In this document: positions 13,607 through 29,845 of the stretch, one piece after another
How the letters are laid out: each line of letters begins with the position of its first letter
Position numbering within the stretch: the stretch's first letter is position 1
NCBI GenBank assembly: GCA_003614675.1
Contig: ML002272.1
Span: forward strand, 1-51,785
Source of the DNA: Dimargaris cristalligena
Lineage: Eukaryota
Length of the DNA stretch: 51,785 nt
Direction: 5' to 3'
The notes under the pieces: model-generated
Database searches by the model: none
The model's input: the letters and a program-made list of their open reading frames with translations, nothing else
What the model was told of the DNA's origin: nothing
Position numbers and translations under genes: made by a program

Positions 13607-15430
13607 ATGCGTCCAGACGACCCATCCAGCGGTCCCGAATCCTTCCTGCCCTTGACCCAACAGTTTCCCACCCTGTCCAACATCCTCAACCAGCTCGATC
13701 GTAGTCCTGCTGACCCGTCCGCCACCCGGTCTACCCTGTCGAGCTCCCCCCATAGCTCACCGACTGCCTGCTCCGCCATGGGCTCGCATCCCCCGTCGTC
13801 GAGCCCGCTTCTCGATAGCCTGCCAGCCTATCTGCGGCAAACGCCTTACGCCCGTTTATTGCTACGTACCCCCGAAGCCAAGCGAGCCCCCCTACTTCTA
13901 CCCACCGAATGGTCCAAAAAGGAATCCACCGACACCATCGCCCTCACCGTCAACAACCTCCAGGCCAATTACACGGGACAGGGTATACGGGATTCAGATG
14001 CCGTCAGCATCCGATCCAACCGGCCCATTCCCACCCAATGCGGAGTCTACTACTATGAGGTCACGATCGTCAACAAGGGCTACGACGGATTTATCGGAAT
14101 CGGCTTCTCCCACGGCAGCGTATCAACCGCCCGCCTGCCTGGCTGGGAAGCCAACTCCTGGGGCTACCACGGTGACGACGGCAACTGCTTCTCCGGCTCG
14201 GGCTCCGGCCGTCCCTACGGCCCCACCTTCACTAGCGACGATACCATCGGCTGCTGCATTAACCTCTTTAACCACAAAGTTTTCTTCACCAAGAACGGCG
14301 TCCGCCTCTACACGGCCTTCCACGGGGTCAAGGGTACGCTCTACCCCACGGTGGGCATGCGCACCCGGGACGAGAAGGTCCTGGCTAATTTTGGTGCCCG
14401 GCCGTTCAAATTCGATATTGAACAGTACTTTTTGGACGAAAAGCAACGGCTGTGGGCCAGCATCAAGAGCATTCCGCCACCCGTCCCCTCTACCAAGGAG
14501 AACCGCGGGCTGATTGCCGCCATGCGGGCCCAGCCCACCGACTCGGGGGAATCAGACGCCCCCACCGAGCTCGACATCACCAATGATTTGGTCCTTTCCT
14601 ATTTTATTCACCACGGCTACCGCCATACGGCACGGGCCTTTGCCCAAAATGTGCTGGGGGCCCCCTCCCACCAACCGGCCCCGGCCACTACCCCCGCCCC
14701 CCTGACCCGTATCTTGGTGGACCTGAACGAACAGGACGCCGAAATCAAAGTCCGACAGCGCATCGCCCAGCTGGTACTCGTGGGCAATATCGACGGGGCT
14801 ATTTATCTCACCCAGAAGCACTACCCGAATGTGCTCGCCAACAACGAGAAGGTCTATTTCCAGCTCCGATGCCAAAAATTCATTGAGCTTATCAAACGGG
14901 CCGGGGGTCCCGCCGGCGTGGACATGCTGGAAGACGAGGGGGAGCTGGACCTGGACTCGGAGTCCAATGGCACCAACGGTCTGAACGGCCAGAGCCACCC
15001 CGACGGTATGGACGTGGACCAGGACGAGCGACCGCCGCCGCCGGGAACCGAGGACTCCCTGCCGGCGGAGCTCGCTGACCCTCGCACCCCCGCCCAAGTG
15101 CTCAAGGAGGCCCTGCGGTGTGGCCGGCGCCTGCAGCTGGATTATGGTCACGACACCCGCAGACAAATCCACCAAACCTTGGTGGGGGTGCTCTCCCTCC
15201 TGGCATACGCCGATCCCGCTCACAGCCCCGTCGCTACTTATTTAAACGAAAGCCGCAGGGGCCAACTGGCCCACACCCTCAACGAGGAGATTCTGGTCTC
15301 GCAGAACAAGCCCCGGGTGCCGCCGCTGGAAGTGGCCATTGCCCAGAGTCAGACGGTACTGGACGAGCTCCTGGCCCAGGGCAGTGCCCCTGCCAATTTA
15401 ATTCAGATTGAGCGGGACCTGTTGGCTTAA
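13607..15430 (+). CDS. GID1: Ran-binding protein 9/10-like (GID/CTLH complex subunit Gid1/Vid30): SPRY-LisH-CTLH-CRA
   Basis: SPRY: YYYEVTI..FIGIG..LPGWEANSWGYHGDDG..YGPTFTSDDTIGC. LisH: LVLSYFIHHGYRHTARAF. CTLH: RQRIAQLVLVGNIDGAI..FQLRCQKFIEL. CRA: LLAYADP. First ATG at 13607. Confidence 0.92.
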   Translation: MRPDDPSSGPESFLPLTQQFPTLSNILNQLDRSPADPSATRSTLSSSPHSSPTACSAMGSHPPSSSPLLDSLPAYLRQTPYARLLLRTPEAKRAPLLLPTEWSKKESTDTIALTVNNLQANYTGQGIRDSDAVSIRSNRPIPTQCGVYYYEVTIVNKGYDGFIGIGFSHGSVSTARLPGWEANSWGYHGDDGNCFSGSGSGRPYGPTFTSDDTIGCCINLFNHKVFFTKNGVRLYTAFHGVKGTLYPTVGMRTRDEKVLANFGARPFKFDIEQYFLDEKQRLWASIKSIPPPVPSTKENRGLIAAMRAQPTDSGESDAPTELDITNDLVLSYFIHHGYRHTARAFAQNVLGAPSHQPAPATTPAPLTRILVDLNEQDAEIKVRQRIAQLVLVGNIDGAIYLTQKHYPNVLANNEKVYFQLRCQKFIELIKRAGGPAGVDMLEDEGELDLDSESNGTNGLNGQSHPDGMDVDQDERPPPPGTEDSLPAELADPRTPAQVLKEALRCGRRLQLDYGHDTRRQIHQTLVGVLSLLAYADPAHSPVATYLNESRRGQLAHTLNEEILVSQNKPRVPPLEVAIAQSQTVLDELLAQGSAPANLIQIERDLLA

Positions 15431-16223
15431 TTAAAGGAAAAGCAAAGAAAGAGGTGGCTTGTTCTGTTCCCGCCAGCTTGTTTGTTCCCATCCGCGTTAC
15501 TCGACTGGTGCACCTATTTTCATTCCTTTAGTTTTTGGCCGTTTCCACCCGCCTCTCCCACACACACGCACGCACACACATACACATACACATCTATATA
15601 ACCCTCCCTATATACTACGCACCGGCATGTGGACTCCGTCATGTGCCGGTCGGTATGTATTCGCCCACCTGTACTATTCCCCGTTCGTATTGAAATGGCT
15701 GAACGGACCCGTTCTCCGAGCCATTCATTCTTATCCTTATATAACACTCAGTGTTTTTAATAATAAACCCTGCCGTCTAATTATTCATGCCGCTAGTTCC
15801 CATGTGTGTAACCTTCTACTTCCAGAACAAAGGGGAGCGCGCACTATAGAACTCATATGTCTATTGGAGAAAGTGAAGCAGCTCTAGACAGCCCTTCCGC
15901 CTATTATCTAGCCCATCGGACGGGCTTATTAACGAACATCTTTCCGGGGCCACTTGATCCTTTGTTTCAGACCGACCGTCTATTTACCCCGCACCAACTG
16001 CCCCTTGCTGTGCTACACAAAAACCAGCGGCAGTCTAGCTTGCCGATAATCGACTTGAAAAGAGTACTGTTATATTTCTTACTCCCCCAGGGAGGGCTCT
16101 GGTTGGCATATCCAGTCCCCTTCTTCTACCTGTACACCGCTCTTATTATTAGCCTATCCCCGCGATTCCTTGCGCCTTTCCCATTCGATACTCTTCGCCT
16201 ACACCTATCCTGCTGCCTGACTC

Positions 16224-16243
16224 ACCACCACCACCACCACCAC
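16224..16243. repeat. (CAC)n microsatellite
   Basis: Read directly. It produces the spurious His-run ORF 15857..16342. Confidence 0.85.
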
Positions 16244-16558
16244 TGGTTGTCGACTATAGAGACTGAGCCACTTTCCAACGCTATACTGTATACCTTTTCT
16301 GCCTACAAAGAGCCACCACCACCATTCCAAACCGGTGAATAATATACCTCTTCGTTTATCTACTACACCCTCAGTCCTGTAATAGACCACCCCTCCCACT
16401 TTCCTCTCCATTTGTAAAGCCTGCCTCAGCCGACAGCCGAAGGAGAGACACATTCGTGCCCCGCTAGCTACTTATCCTTATCCGACTGATCAGCACCAGC
16501 AGTCCATTCAGCCACCACCCTTCCCTCCCTCCCCTTTATATATAGCGCACCCCCCGCC

Positions 16559-18370
16559 ATGGTCAGCCGTAGGGGATCGTCAGCGTCCAGGCAGTCCAGC
16601 CCCAAATTAACCGAAGCGGCTCGCGCCATGCGAACCCCACCCCCCCTATACGCTACTTCCACCAAGAGCAACCAGGGCACATACAAACCCATTTCTACCT
16701 CTTCGGACGATGAGGACCGAGCCTCTCACTCGGCCCCCGCGTCTCCAACCCCTACCGAAGATGCTGCCCCCCCTACCCCATTGACCACTACACCAGGCCG
16801 GGCTGAGCACGACTGGTCCGAATATGCCGTGGACGAAGTGGACCCGGGCGCCTACGAGTCGGGCTTTTCGTGGCGGAAACTCTGGCGGTATGCGGGTCCC
16901 GGCTGGCTGATGGCCATCGCCTACCTTGACCCCGGGAATCTCGAGTCCGACCTCCAGAGCGGGTCCATTGCTGGCTACCAGCTGATTTGGCTTCTCTTTT
17001 GGACCCACGCGGTGGGTTTCGTTATCCAATGCCTCGCCGCCAAATTGGGCGTGGTAACCGGCCGACACTTGGCCGAGCACGCCAACGATGCGTACCCCCG
17101 TCCCGCCTCCCGCCTCCTATGGCTGGTGGCCGAAATCGCCATCATCGGCAGTGATATCCAAGAGATTATCGGCACGGCGGTTGCTCTGCGCATCCTGTTC
17201 AACTGTCCCATCTGGGCGGGGGTCCTAATCACGGCCGTCGACTCGTTCCTCTTTTTAATGCTCCAATCCTGTGGGGTTCGGATACTCGAAGCCTTCTTCA
17301 TGGCGCTAATCGGCACCATGGCCGTTTGTTTCTGGGTGGAAATGGGCTTATCCCAACCCCGGGCAGTCGATATTCTCCGGGGCCTGGTCATCCCCCGGGT
17401 GCCCAAGGCCGCCATCACCCAGGCGGTGGGCATGGTGGGGGCCGTCATCATGCCCCACAATATTTTTCTCCACTCGGCCCTAGTCATGTCCCGCAAGATT
17501 AACCGGTCCCGGAACGGCCCGACCCCGCGCCAGTCCCCATCCCAACCTGCGGAGGAAGCACCACCATCGCGCGCCTCCTACGGCGGTATCCGGGAGGCCA
17601 CGTTTTACTTCCGGATCGAGTCCGGTGTGGCCCTGGTGGCCTCCTTTCTCATCAACATGGCCATCATGGTCGTGTTTGCCCGCGTCTTTTACGACCCCGA
17701 TCAGCCCGACCGGTCCCCCCCGGGCCTGTACGACGCCGCGGATGTCCTCCAGCACGCGCTGGGCAGCACCGGCGCCCGTTACCTCTGGGCCATTGGGCTA
17801 CTGGCCGCCGGCCAAAGCTCCACCATGACTGGTACCATGGCGGGCCAATACGTGATGGAGGGCTTCTGGCAGTGGAAGATCAAGCCCTGGCAGCGGGTGG
17901 CCATTACCCGCTCCATCGCCCTCGTGCCCAGTCTGATTGTGGCTGCCGTGGCTTCCGAAAACTTCGACTCCCTCGGCGAAATTCTCAATGTCCTCCAGAG
18001 TATCCAGCTGCCCTTCGCCCTGGTCCCAGTGATCAAACTGACCAACGCCACCCAGGTCGTCGGGGTGTTCACCAACCAGTGGTTCACCCGCGCTGTTGCA
18101 GTAGGCTTGACTCTGCTGGTGATGGGGTTTAATGCTTATCTGCTCATTGATTTCACGGGTAATTCGGCCCGGTCAGCTGGTTCCTCCCTTGCAGTCGCCT
18201 ACGTGCTGCTCGGGCTGTTCGCAGTGCCATACACCGCCTTTATTATATATTTGTCGTGGTACCCAATCCAGCGTCGGCTAGTGTCCGAGGGACCCACTGC
18301 CGTGGAAACCCCGCTAGACTCGCCCAAAATGGGGCCACGGGCTGACTCGGTTCCACCTACCGGCACCTAG
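16559..18370 (+). CDS. SMF1: NRAMP-family divalent metal (Mn/Fe) transporter, 603 aa
   Basis: GPGWLMAIAYLDPGN (TM1), GAVIMPHNIFLHS (TM6), GQSSTMTGTMAGQYVMEGF consensus transport motif. Whether it is Smf1 or Smf2 cannot be resolved by eye. Confidence 0.95.
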   Translation: MVSRRGSSASRQSSPKLTEAARAMRTPPPLYATSTKSNQGTYKPISTSSDDEDRASHSAPASPTPTEDAAPPTPLTTTPGRAEHDWSEYAVDEVDPGAYESGFSWRKLWRYAGPGWLMAIAYLDPGNLESDLQSGSIAGYQLIWLLFWTHAVGFVIQCLAAKLGVVTGRHLAEHANDAYPRPASRLLWLVAEIAIIGSDIQEIIGTAVALRILFNCPIWAGVLITAVDSFLFLMLQSCGVRILEAFFMALIGTMAVCFWVEMGLSQPRAVDILRGLVIPRVPKAAITQAVGMVGAVIMPHNIFLHSALVMSRKINRSRNGPTPRQSPSQPAEEAPPSRASYGGIREATFYFRIESGVALVASFLINMAIMVVFARVFYDPDQPDRSPPGLYDAADVLQHALGSTGARYLWAIGLLAAGQSSTMTGTMAGQYVMEGFWQWKIKPWQRVAITRSIALVPSLIVAAVASENFDSLGEILNVLQSIQLPFALVPVIKLTNATQVVGVFTNQWFTRAVAVGLTLLVMGFNAYLLIDFTGNSARSAGSSLAVAYVLLGLFAVPYTAFIIYLSWYPIQRRLVSEGPTAVETPLDSPKMGPRADSVPPTGT

Positions 18371-19078
18371 CGATGATGACGATACTTAGTATCCATTTAT
18401 CTAGTACGCATCTTTAAAAATTGTATAAAACATCAGTTACTCTGTACAGTCTAGCCTGGTGTAGCTATGGGATGGTATTTATTTTGCCGTGGTTTTACTG
18501 ATACCAGTTGCATATGGAAACTATCACTCTTGAAGGCATTGCTTTGGTGGTAACCCGAAAGTATAGTTTAACTGGTGTACCTAAGCTATCTGAAGAGGTT
18601 CTAGAACGTGGACATGGGGATGTCAACAATGTAGACCCTTAAAGTAGGCGGGAAACTGCTAACCCCGGGTGGTGGTTAAACAAACTGATACTGTATATTT
18701 ACTAGGAAATCCGAGTAATTTCAAATCGACATCTAATGCTATGTTTAGGCAGGTGGTGAAGTAAATGGCATGTGTATGAGGTTTAAGAGAATAGAAGATG
18801 TCGAGAAATATGAACATGGCGTCAGAGTTATGCTCGTAGAATGTAGAGGTGAATCAAAAATAGCGATGTATCGGTCAAGAAAATGGATAGTGATAGGAGT
18901 CCGCCAGGCGGCTCTATGGTGTTTTTGGGTGGGGGGAGGAGGGGAGGCACCATTAGAACCAGGCAAGTAGCCCGTCTCGGGGCAGAAACGGAACCTGGAC
19001 CTGGACCTGTTTACCACTGACCAGAGAACTGTGACGGACGTTGCTCGATTTCGGAACGGCGGTCGAATATAATAGGCC

Positions 19079-19303
19079 TTATTGACCCTGTGGAGCAGAC
19101 GGGGATGGACTGTTCTTATCCTTGGTATCGGGTACGACAATATCATCGAAGTTCTCCTGCTTTACGGCAACCAGGGAGTAGGTGTAGACGGCAGCGGCAA
19201 AGCCGAACAGGGCCAGGCCGGTCGCGATGTTGCGGGCCATGAAGGGGCGACGGGCCCGCCGCAGAAGCTGCTCCTGTTCTTTGGTGCGGCCTTCGAAAAG
19301 CAT
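19079..19303 (-). CDS. COA3: Cytochrome c oxidase assembly factor 3, 74 aa
   Basis: LRRARRPFMARNIATGLALFGFAAAVYTYSLVAVKQENFDD matches the fungal Coa3 pattern (RARRP..N..TGL.L.....VY.YS..AV.Q..F.D). ATG at 19303. Confidence 0.85.
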   Translation of the reverse strand: MLFEGRTKEQEQLLRRARRPFMARNIATGLALFGFAAAVYTYSLVAVKQENFDDIVVPDTKDKNSPSPSAPQGQ

Positions 19304-20010
19304 AGTGAGTAAGTGGTATATTAAAAGGGAGAGGAATTGGGGGATAGTCAGGCAAGAGGTAATTTTAATAAAAGCTGCGATTGCTCCTTTTGGTCGTTGT
19401 GAAGGATTGGAAAGCATAGAAAGCTCGCTTGGGTGGACATATTGCCTTGACCAGTGCTGCGCGTGAAAGCTGGCTTATTTTCCCCCAAACCTAAGAGGCA
19501 TTATGGGAGTTATTTAATATATATAGAATATATTTCTTCCCAATTGGTAGTAAAAGTAAGCAGCGATTCCAGTCACTACTGCACCACACCGTCCAACACA
19601 TACACCCTCCAATGAAAAAAATATAGATCCCATCATGGGAATAGCATTCTAGTCATCTCAATTTCCAAGCCAACTGTGGGATTCCGTCGTTCTTTTCGTA
19701 TTGTAATATATTGAGTATTTAGCGTAAGAGCAGCCAATAAAATATTATTGTGGTGCTAAAATAGCAGCTGGTCCATTTCTAAGCCACTGGATAAGCAGGC
19801 CCGGAATTGGCACTGGGTCCCTGCCAGCATTGCTCATGTCTATATTTTTTAGTTATAGTAAAAACTTTGGTTAACGCACACTCTCTACCTAGCGAAACGT
19901 TTCTCCCTCTATTGTTGCACTCCCACTTATATATTCCCTTCTTTTGCATTTGAACTGCGCAGTCCTAACTTTCCCCTACTAGACCATTTCAAACGAGACC
20001 ATTCCACCAC

Positions 20011-21212
<1,202 letters not shown>

Positions 21213-21817
21213 GCATCCTTAGCTAATCGGGTATGTTTCTGGCATTTATGAGTTTAGTCCTTTAACTAACCGTCCCCGACTACCTCCCAGGCTTTGTGCT
21301 CTTGAATATAGAGATGTCGCTTTTTAAGCAATTGTAATGTAAACATACGTCTTGTTGTGAATGGGTATTTGGCCATTTCCTTCGTTAATAAAAACCAATA
21401 AAAGGTCCCTAGTGTTTAGATTACATGTCCTTATAGGGGAACTGGGGTAAGAAAGTGAACGAATCAATAATAGAGTTTTGGTGGTGCTGTATTAACTTGG
21501 GCTTCTAGTATAGCATTTTACATACTTGGCTAACCAGGTGCCCCTCTTCCCTTAGGCTTGGCGTATCGCCCTGATCAAGTGATAGTCTTTCTCCACACAC
21601 ATATACTCACACCGGCTGGGCTTCAGCTGGGCAGGTAAACCCCCACTGTAAGGATATGTCCCGGATGGAATTCCCCTTGCTAAATGAACATACTCTCTCT
21701 CTCTCTCTACATTGACCCAGGCTCTATAGTTCAACCCATTCTTCTTCCAGCCAACGTACATTCTTGTTCGTCACACCTTAACTAAACCTATTTTTTTCCA
21801 CTTGAACAGCCGCCGAA

Positions 21818-23676
21818 ATGACTGACGCCAACCTCAAAATAGGCGCTGACTACATGGCCGAAGCCCACAGCTAGTAAGAACCTTCGATTCCCTGAATAAA
21901 AGGCCTCGCCCCAACTTGGGCCGTTTCACATACTGGGTTCGTGCCATAGTCTACCTGTCAACATGTCCACGGGGTAAAGACCGGCCCAATGGTCCAGCCA
22001 ATGCGGCAATAACAACCCCACATTAGGACCAACTATACTAACCGAAGCTGACCATGGAGGATATGTCTCGTATTTGCTTAATAATCCACTAACCTAGCAC
22101 CAAGTCGGGGTGGTTCCGTAAGCCCGAATGGGATATTGCTGGACAGCTCTATGAAAAAGCCGGTAAGTTTACCTACCCTTTAGAAAAATAACCAAGCGTA
22201 GTAGTGCTGCCAAATGGCCAAAAGCCCAACTGGGCTGGATTTGCCAACACCCCCTCTACTAGAAGCAACTAAGAATATGATATCCCTAATCGCCATGACC
22301 CCTTATAATTAGCCACCGCTTTCAAGGCGGGCCGCTCACCCGATAATGCCATCCGGGCCTACCAAAAGTCCGGCGAAGCCCTGGCCAAATTCGGCAGGTA
22401 AGTGTGTACCCAGCTAATCCAGCTAATCCAGATTTGTCCACTGACTGGCCCCTAAGGGTTAGCGAAAGCCGACGTTTACCAACCCCAGTATGGAACGTGT
22501 GTGTGAATTTTCCATCCACTTATTAAATCTAATGCTATCTTGTATGTTACCCAAACCTCTCCGGCGCGTACGGGGCCACTAACCCACAGTGTATATCTGG
22601 CGGGGAACGCATACGAGAAAGCGGGGATTATTGCCCAACAATCGCAGGATAAGGTACTGGCCATCGAAATGTACATCCAGGCCAGCAACCTGTACTTAGC
22701 GCACGGGTCATCCCCTGATAAGGCCGCGGGCATTGTGGAGAAAGCCGCACAGTAAGCCTACATTAATTTACTTTTACTTTCAGCTTCCAAGAGTTAGTTC
22801 ACTAGGAATCAAGGGGTTACAACACCAACGGCGGCGGAACGTTGCCCCCCTCCCCATTTCCCCTCTATTATTTCACCATATATCTGGCATTCACTAACAC
22901 TTGGTATGGTTTGACCACTTATATGATGGTGACACACGTGCAGACTATGTGAACCCCTTGACCCAGACCGGGCCATTGAGCTGTACAAGCAAAGCTGTTC
23001 CATTTTTGAGAGCGAAGACCGCGACCGAATGGCGATTGAAACCATCAAGAACGCAGTCGGATGCGCTATCCGATTGGGGCAGCTGCCGACGGCCGTGTAC
23101 TTTTTGGATAAGCTGGCGGCGGCGACGCGGGTGCTGATCCGCCGGTCCGAAACCGATAAGGCCCGCCTAAGCGCCATTGTGGTCACCCTGGCCCTGGACG
23201 ATATGGTGGAGGCGCGTAAGAGACTGGACGCGTGGCTGTTTGTGAGTCCAGATCCGCGCGCACCGAGTGGCAGTGGCGGGGGTGGTGTTTCGGGCTCGGC
23301 GGATCAGTGGGGCGGGGCAACTACCATGGCCCCACCCGCGGATATGTCTCACGAGGCGTTTACCGCCCAGGCCCTAGTGGATGCCTTTGAGCACTGGGAT
23401 GGTCCCCGTTTGCAAGAGATCCTCAAGAACCCCCAACACGTCCAAACTCTCCAATTCTTATTGGCAGAAGTGGTACGCCTGGCCTTCAAACTGAACGTTC
23501 CCGGCTCAGGTACAGCACCAGCGATTGCAGAGAACCAACGCCAGCCACCCTCCCCTGCTACTAGTACTGGTAATCCGGCTAAGGCGTCAGGAATTATTGA
23601 AAAACAGCCGCCGCCTCCGACGAGCCAGACCCAGCCCCCACCATCCCTCAATGAGGATGACGACGGTCTGTGTTAA
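21818..23676 (+). CDS. NAPG: Gamma-soluble NSF attachment protein (exons 21818-21873, 22098-22162, 22313-22397, 22590-22751, 22944-23676; ~366 aa)
   Basis: Spliced product TKSGWFRKPEWDIAGQLYEKAATAFK...AGNAYEKAG...PDKAAGIVEKAA..DPDRAIELY...FESEDR, ending in acidic EDDDGLC. This follows the gamma-SNAP pattern. Confidence 0.85.
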
Positions 23677-23963
23677 ATTATTTGGTGGGTGGGGGCTGAA
23701 TCAATCAGACGCGCACTTTATCATCTACTAACTTAGTGGGGACAGGGTTTCACATTGATAAACAGCGGTATATAAAGAATGGTTAGATTTTTGATTTATT
23801 AAACATAATAAGGAGAATGTAAAGGGTTTCATTGCGTGAAGTGGCCTACAAGAGAGGCATTAGAGGCCGGTAGGGTATATTACAAAGCATGAACAATCGT
23901 GAGGCAACGACAACAGAATGGACATATGACACGGCTAATAAACAAGTAGGATAAGGAGATTGT

Positions 23964-26756
<2,793 letters not shown>

Positions 26757-27832
26757 ATATACCCCCTCCCCATTCCTCGCAGCTTTTTATTAATACGCCA
26801 ACGACTCTGTTTAATTCCCTGTCCCCGACGACGATGTGTATCATACCTACTCTTGTGTGTCACTCCTTCCCCATTGTGTTTACGGGTCGGACGAGCACCT
26901 CAATGTCCTTCTCATGCCCTATCTCACCTCACCAATCAATCGATTTATAAATAAAACACTTCAAACATCCTATCCACTGGTATCCCATTCTGTATTTTTT
27001 GTCAGGTGATATGTACCATTTGATTCCCAGCCTGGTACAAAAGTACCGTACAAATCTGAAAGTCAATCTGAGAATACCTATAGTAAATCTCGTATATTGA
27101 TTAATCGGAGTGCTTATAATGTGCATACTCAGTACCAAAAATGTTCCATGTCGCGCGCTATCCTAAATGTTGTATAGTTATTGGTTTTTATTAGATCACC
27201 CCTGGCTGTGCTCACGTTTCATTGATATAATGTTTGATGGGGTCGCGTTGGGGGCTTGGTTTCAGCCGATGGCTTTGCGCGCGCTACTTTTTTGCTGGTC
27301 TAAAATGAAACCAACTCATGTTTCGATAGAGGGACGGGGTGCGGCCCTCCTACACCGGAAGTGTGTTTACGTGCTTTATATCCGACAAAATGGGTATCTC
27401 CAGGCGGGCCCCGAGACCTGGCCATGCAGTCACATATCCCGGCTCCCACTGGTTTGGTGTTGGTTTTGGCGTGTTAAGCCGTGGCGCCTAAGAAGAGAGT
27501 GAGAGGGGGCCCCTTCACGTCGATGCCGCTGTTATCGGGCCCTCTCTGTTGTTAGCCCACGGTGCCCTTTTACTTCTTGAACATATTGAATCCTGTTAGC
27601 AATTTTTATTTCGGTTTAATAATACTTTGAGCTGAGGCGAATATCCCCGGCTGCTCGACTAACCTCACCCTTTAGTATCAGAACATTTCGTCCTTTCCAT
27701 ATTAACTACATTGGTCAATTTTGGTGGCCTGGCCCATTTAACTGCCATTATTATCTTGTTTCCTGTCCGGTTTTCAGTCGGCCGTGCTGAGCAGAACCCC
27801 TGGCCCACTATCATATATTATAAATATTCGTC

Positions 27833-29845
27833 ATGTCAGTTTCATTTCCATTTACCCCGAGGGTGCTAATCTCATGGCTTTTAATGGTGGCCTTCGTTGT
27901 CACACTGGGCTGGGCTCCACTGCCCTTCGTCCAGGCTTATATCGTGGAGGTGCAGATGCACCAAGTCGACGTTAATCCAGACACCCTCCAGTACCTCCCC
28001 GATCATGGTAACGGTGTAAGCTATGCCGAAAGCTTTACTGTACCAAAGGGGCTTTACATGGACTGGTTATCCGACTCACCGTTGCCCTACCACGCCGAGG
28101 TAAGTTACGTTCCGCCCGAATACAATACTAAGGGGGCGACCCGTATTTCTTTGTCGGGAATCCGTTGACTAATCCACTGTAAAGGTAATTGCAGACCCAG
28201 TGTTTCAGTTCATTATCTAACTCCCCCGTAATGCCATCCTTCCGGTCCGTATCTCTTTTTGCCTTGGTTTTCTTCAATCCATCAGGGCCTCGTCCTCGAT
28301 TCCCACTGGGGCACTGAGGACACTGGGCGCATCATCGATTTTCTACAGCAAAAATACCCGTTTCTGTACTACGCAAAAGATATCGCGGATGGTTCAACAT
28401 TGCCCTCCCAAGTTACCAAGGCGGCCACCCTACTATCGGGAGCCAGCCAAGGCCACCAAGAGCCAACATCCTCCCAGAAAAGGGACTTTAGCGATCCCAA
28501 TCGACCAGTATTCCCACTGGAAAGCACCGTCGACTCTTGGCTCGGTCAAGCTCTGCAGCAACCCAACTCAAATCCCCCATCCTTTGCTGCTCACCGCCGA
28601 CGGGATACGGCGGCCAGCCCCACCCTCCGTATGGTGTACACGAAGCTGCACGTGAGGGATGGGTCATCCGTCCCCAAGTCTAGTACTACCGCTTCGTCAT
28701 TAAGCTCAGGGGCCACCAGCGGCTGGGCCATTGTTATCGCCGTGATCTTTTCCACCATTTTCGTCGCTCTCGCGGTCATTCGATTTCTAATGGTGGCCCG
28801 TCACTCCCGCTGGGCCCGCGAACATGGGCTAGCCGGCGCGGACTTCGATCCCCCCAGTCGTCCCCACTTAGTGGGCGCGCAGTTCCCCGCCGACTGGGGC
28901 TTAGGCGGACTGCGGGCCCATCTCCTCAACCCCGAGATGTTATCTAAATTCCCCGTGCAGACCCTCAATGAGGAAAATATGGCCCAGATTTGCGACTTTA
29001 AATTCTCCCAGCTGGTGGAGAAGGACGAGAAAAACGGCCCCTCCACCAGCGCCGAAGGGTCCAGCACTTCTTCCCCTTTGAACGAAAAGGAGGAACTGAA
29101 CTTATCCAGACCCCATCCCAATCCATCGGTTCAGCCTCGCGTATCCTGTGTTGAAACCCCAGCCGACGGAGAGAAGTCCGGGGTTGAATATACCCATGAT
29201 GCCACGTCCGATGCCTCCAGTTCACCCAGCAACCAGGCCATGGCCCCCTCCCTGCCCTACCGCCCCGGTGGCGAGAATCCGTCGGCCGTCAACTCGAAGC
29301 AGCCCTGGGTGGCCTCCTCCGATACCGATTCCTCGAAGGGGTCCTCCGACACGGGTAGCCGGGGCTCCCAAGCCATCCCCCCCTGCTCCATCTGCCTGGA
29401 CGACTTTGAACCGGACCAGCAGATTCGCATCCTGCCCTGCCACCACACCTTCCACACCGCCTGCATTGACCAATGGCTCACCACCAAACACTCCCGCTGC
29501 CCCTTATGCAAGATGGACTGCTATTACTACCTCAAGGACCACCACCCGGAGCTGTTCGTGCATAACCGTAACCACCTTCTCGGCAATATGAACCGCCAGA
29601 CCTGGCGCTTTAATCTCCGGCCACCCCCGCGTACTTTGGCCACCCACCAGCTCGCTAATTGCGACGGGCAGGGCCCCCCTAGTTACGAAGTACGCAGCTC
29701 TTCCTCGGCTGCGGACCATGTCCCCTTGGGTCTTATGGCTTCCAGTTTCCGTCCCCGGGTGGTGGCTCCCCAGGTGCCCATGCCAGGCGAGGGGTCGTGG
29801 GCCAATTCCTACCGATCCGCCGCTAATCGAGCTTCGGCCAGTTAA
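27833..29845 (+). CDS. Type I membrane RING-H2 E3 ubiquitin ligase, RNF13/PA-TM-RING-like topology (exons 27833-28099, 28286-29845; ~608 aa)
   Basis: N-terminal signal, single TM ([24 protein letters not shown]), RING-H2 [31 protein letters not shown]. Phase-0 GTAAGT..CAG intron 28100-28285. Confidence 0.88.

Noticed and set aside
14552-15223. Long antisense ORFs inside GID1, NRAMP, the RING ligase, IVY1 and MCR1
   Set aside because: They are expected by-products of GC3-rich coding on the opposite strand and show no recognisable motifs.
15857-16342. 161-aa ORF with a His7 run upstream of NRAMP (tempting as a metal-sensing peptide)
   Set aside because: The His run comes from a (CAC)n microsatellite, and the composition looks like pyrimidine-rich non-coding DNA.
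6069-19303. Apparent metal-homeostasis cluster (BIM1-like, NRAMP, COA3)
   Set aside because: The genes are separated by unrelated housekeeping genes, the BIM1-like protein lacks copper ligands, and I saw no shared motif.
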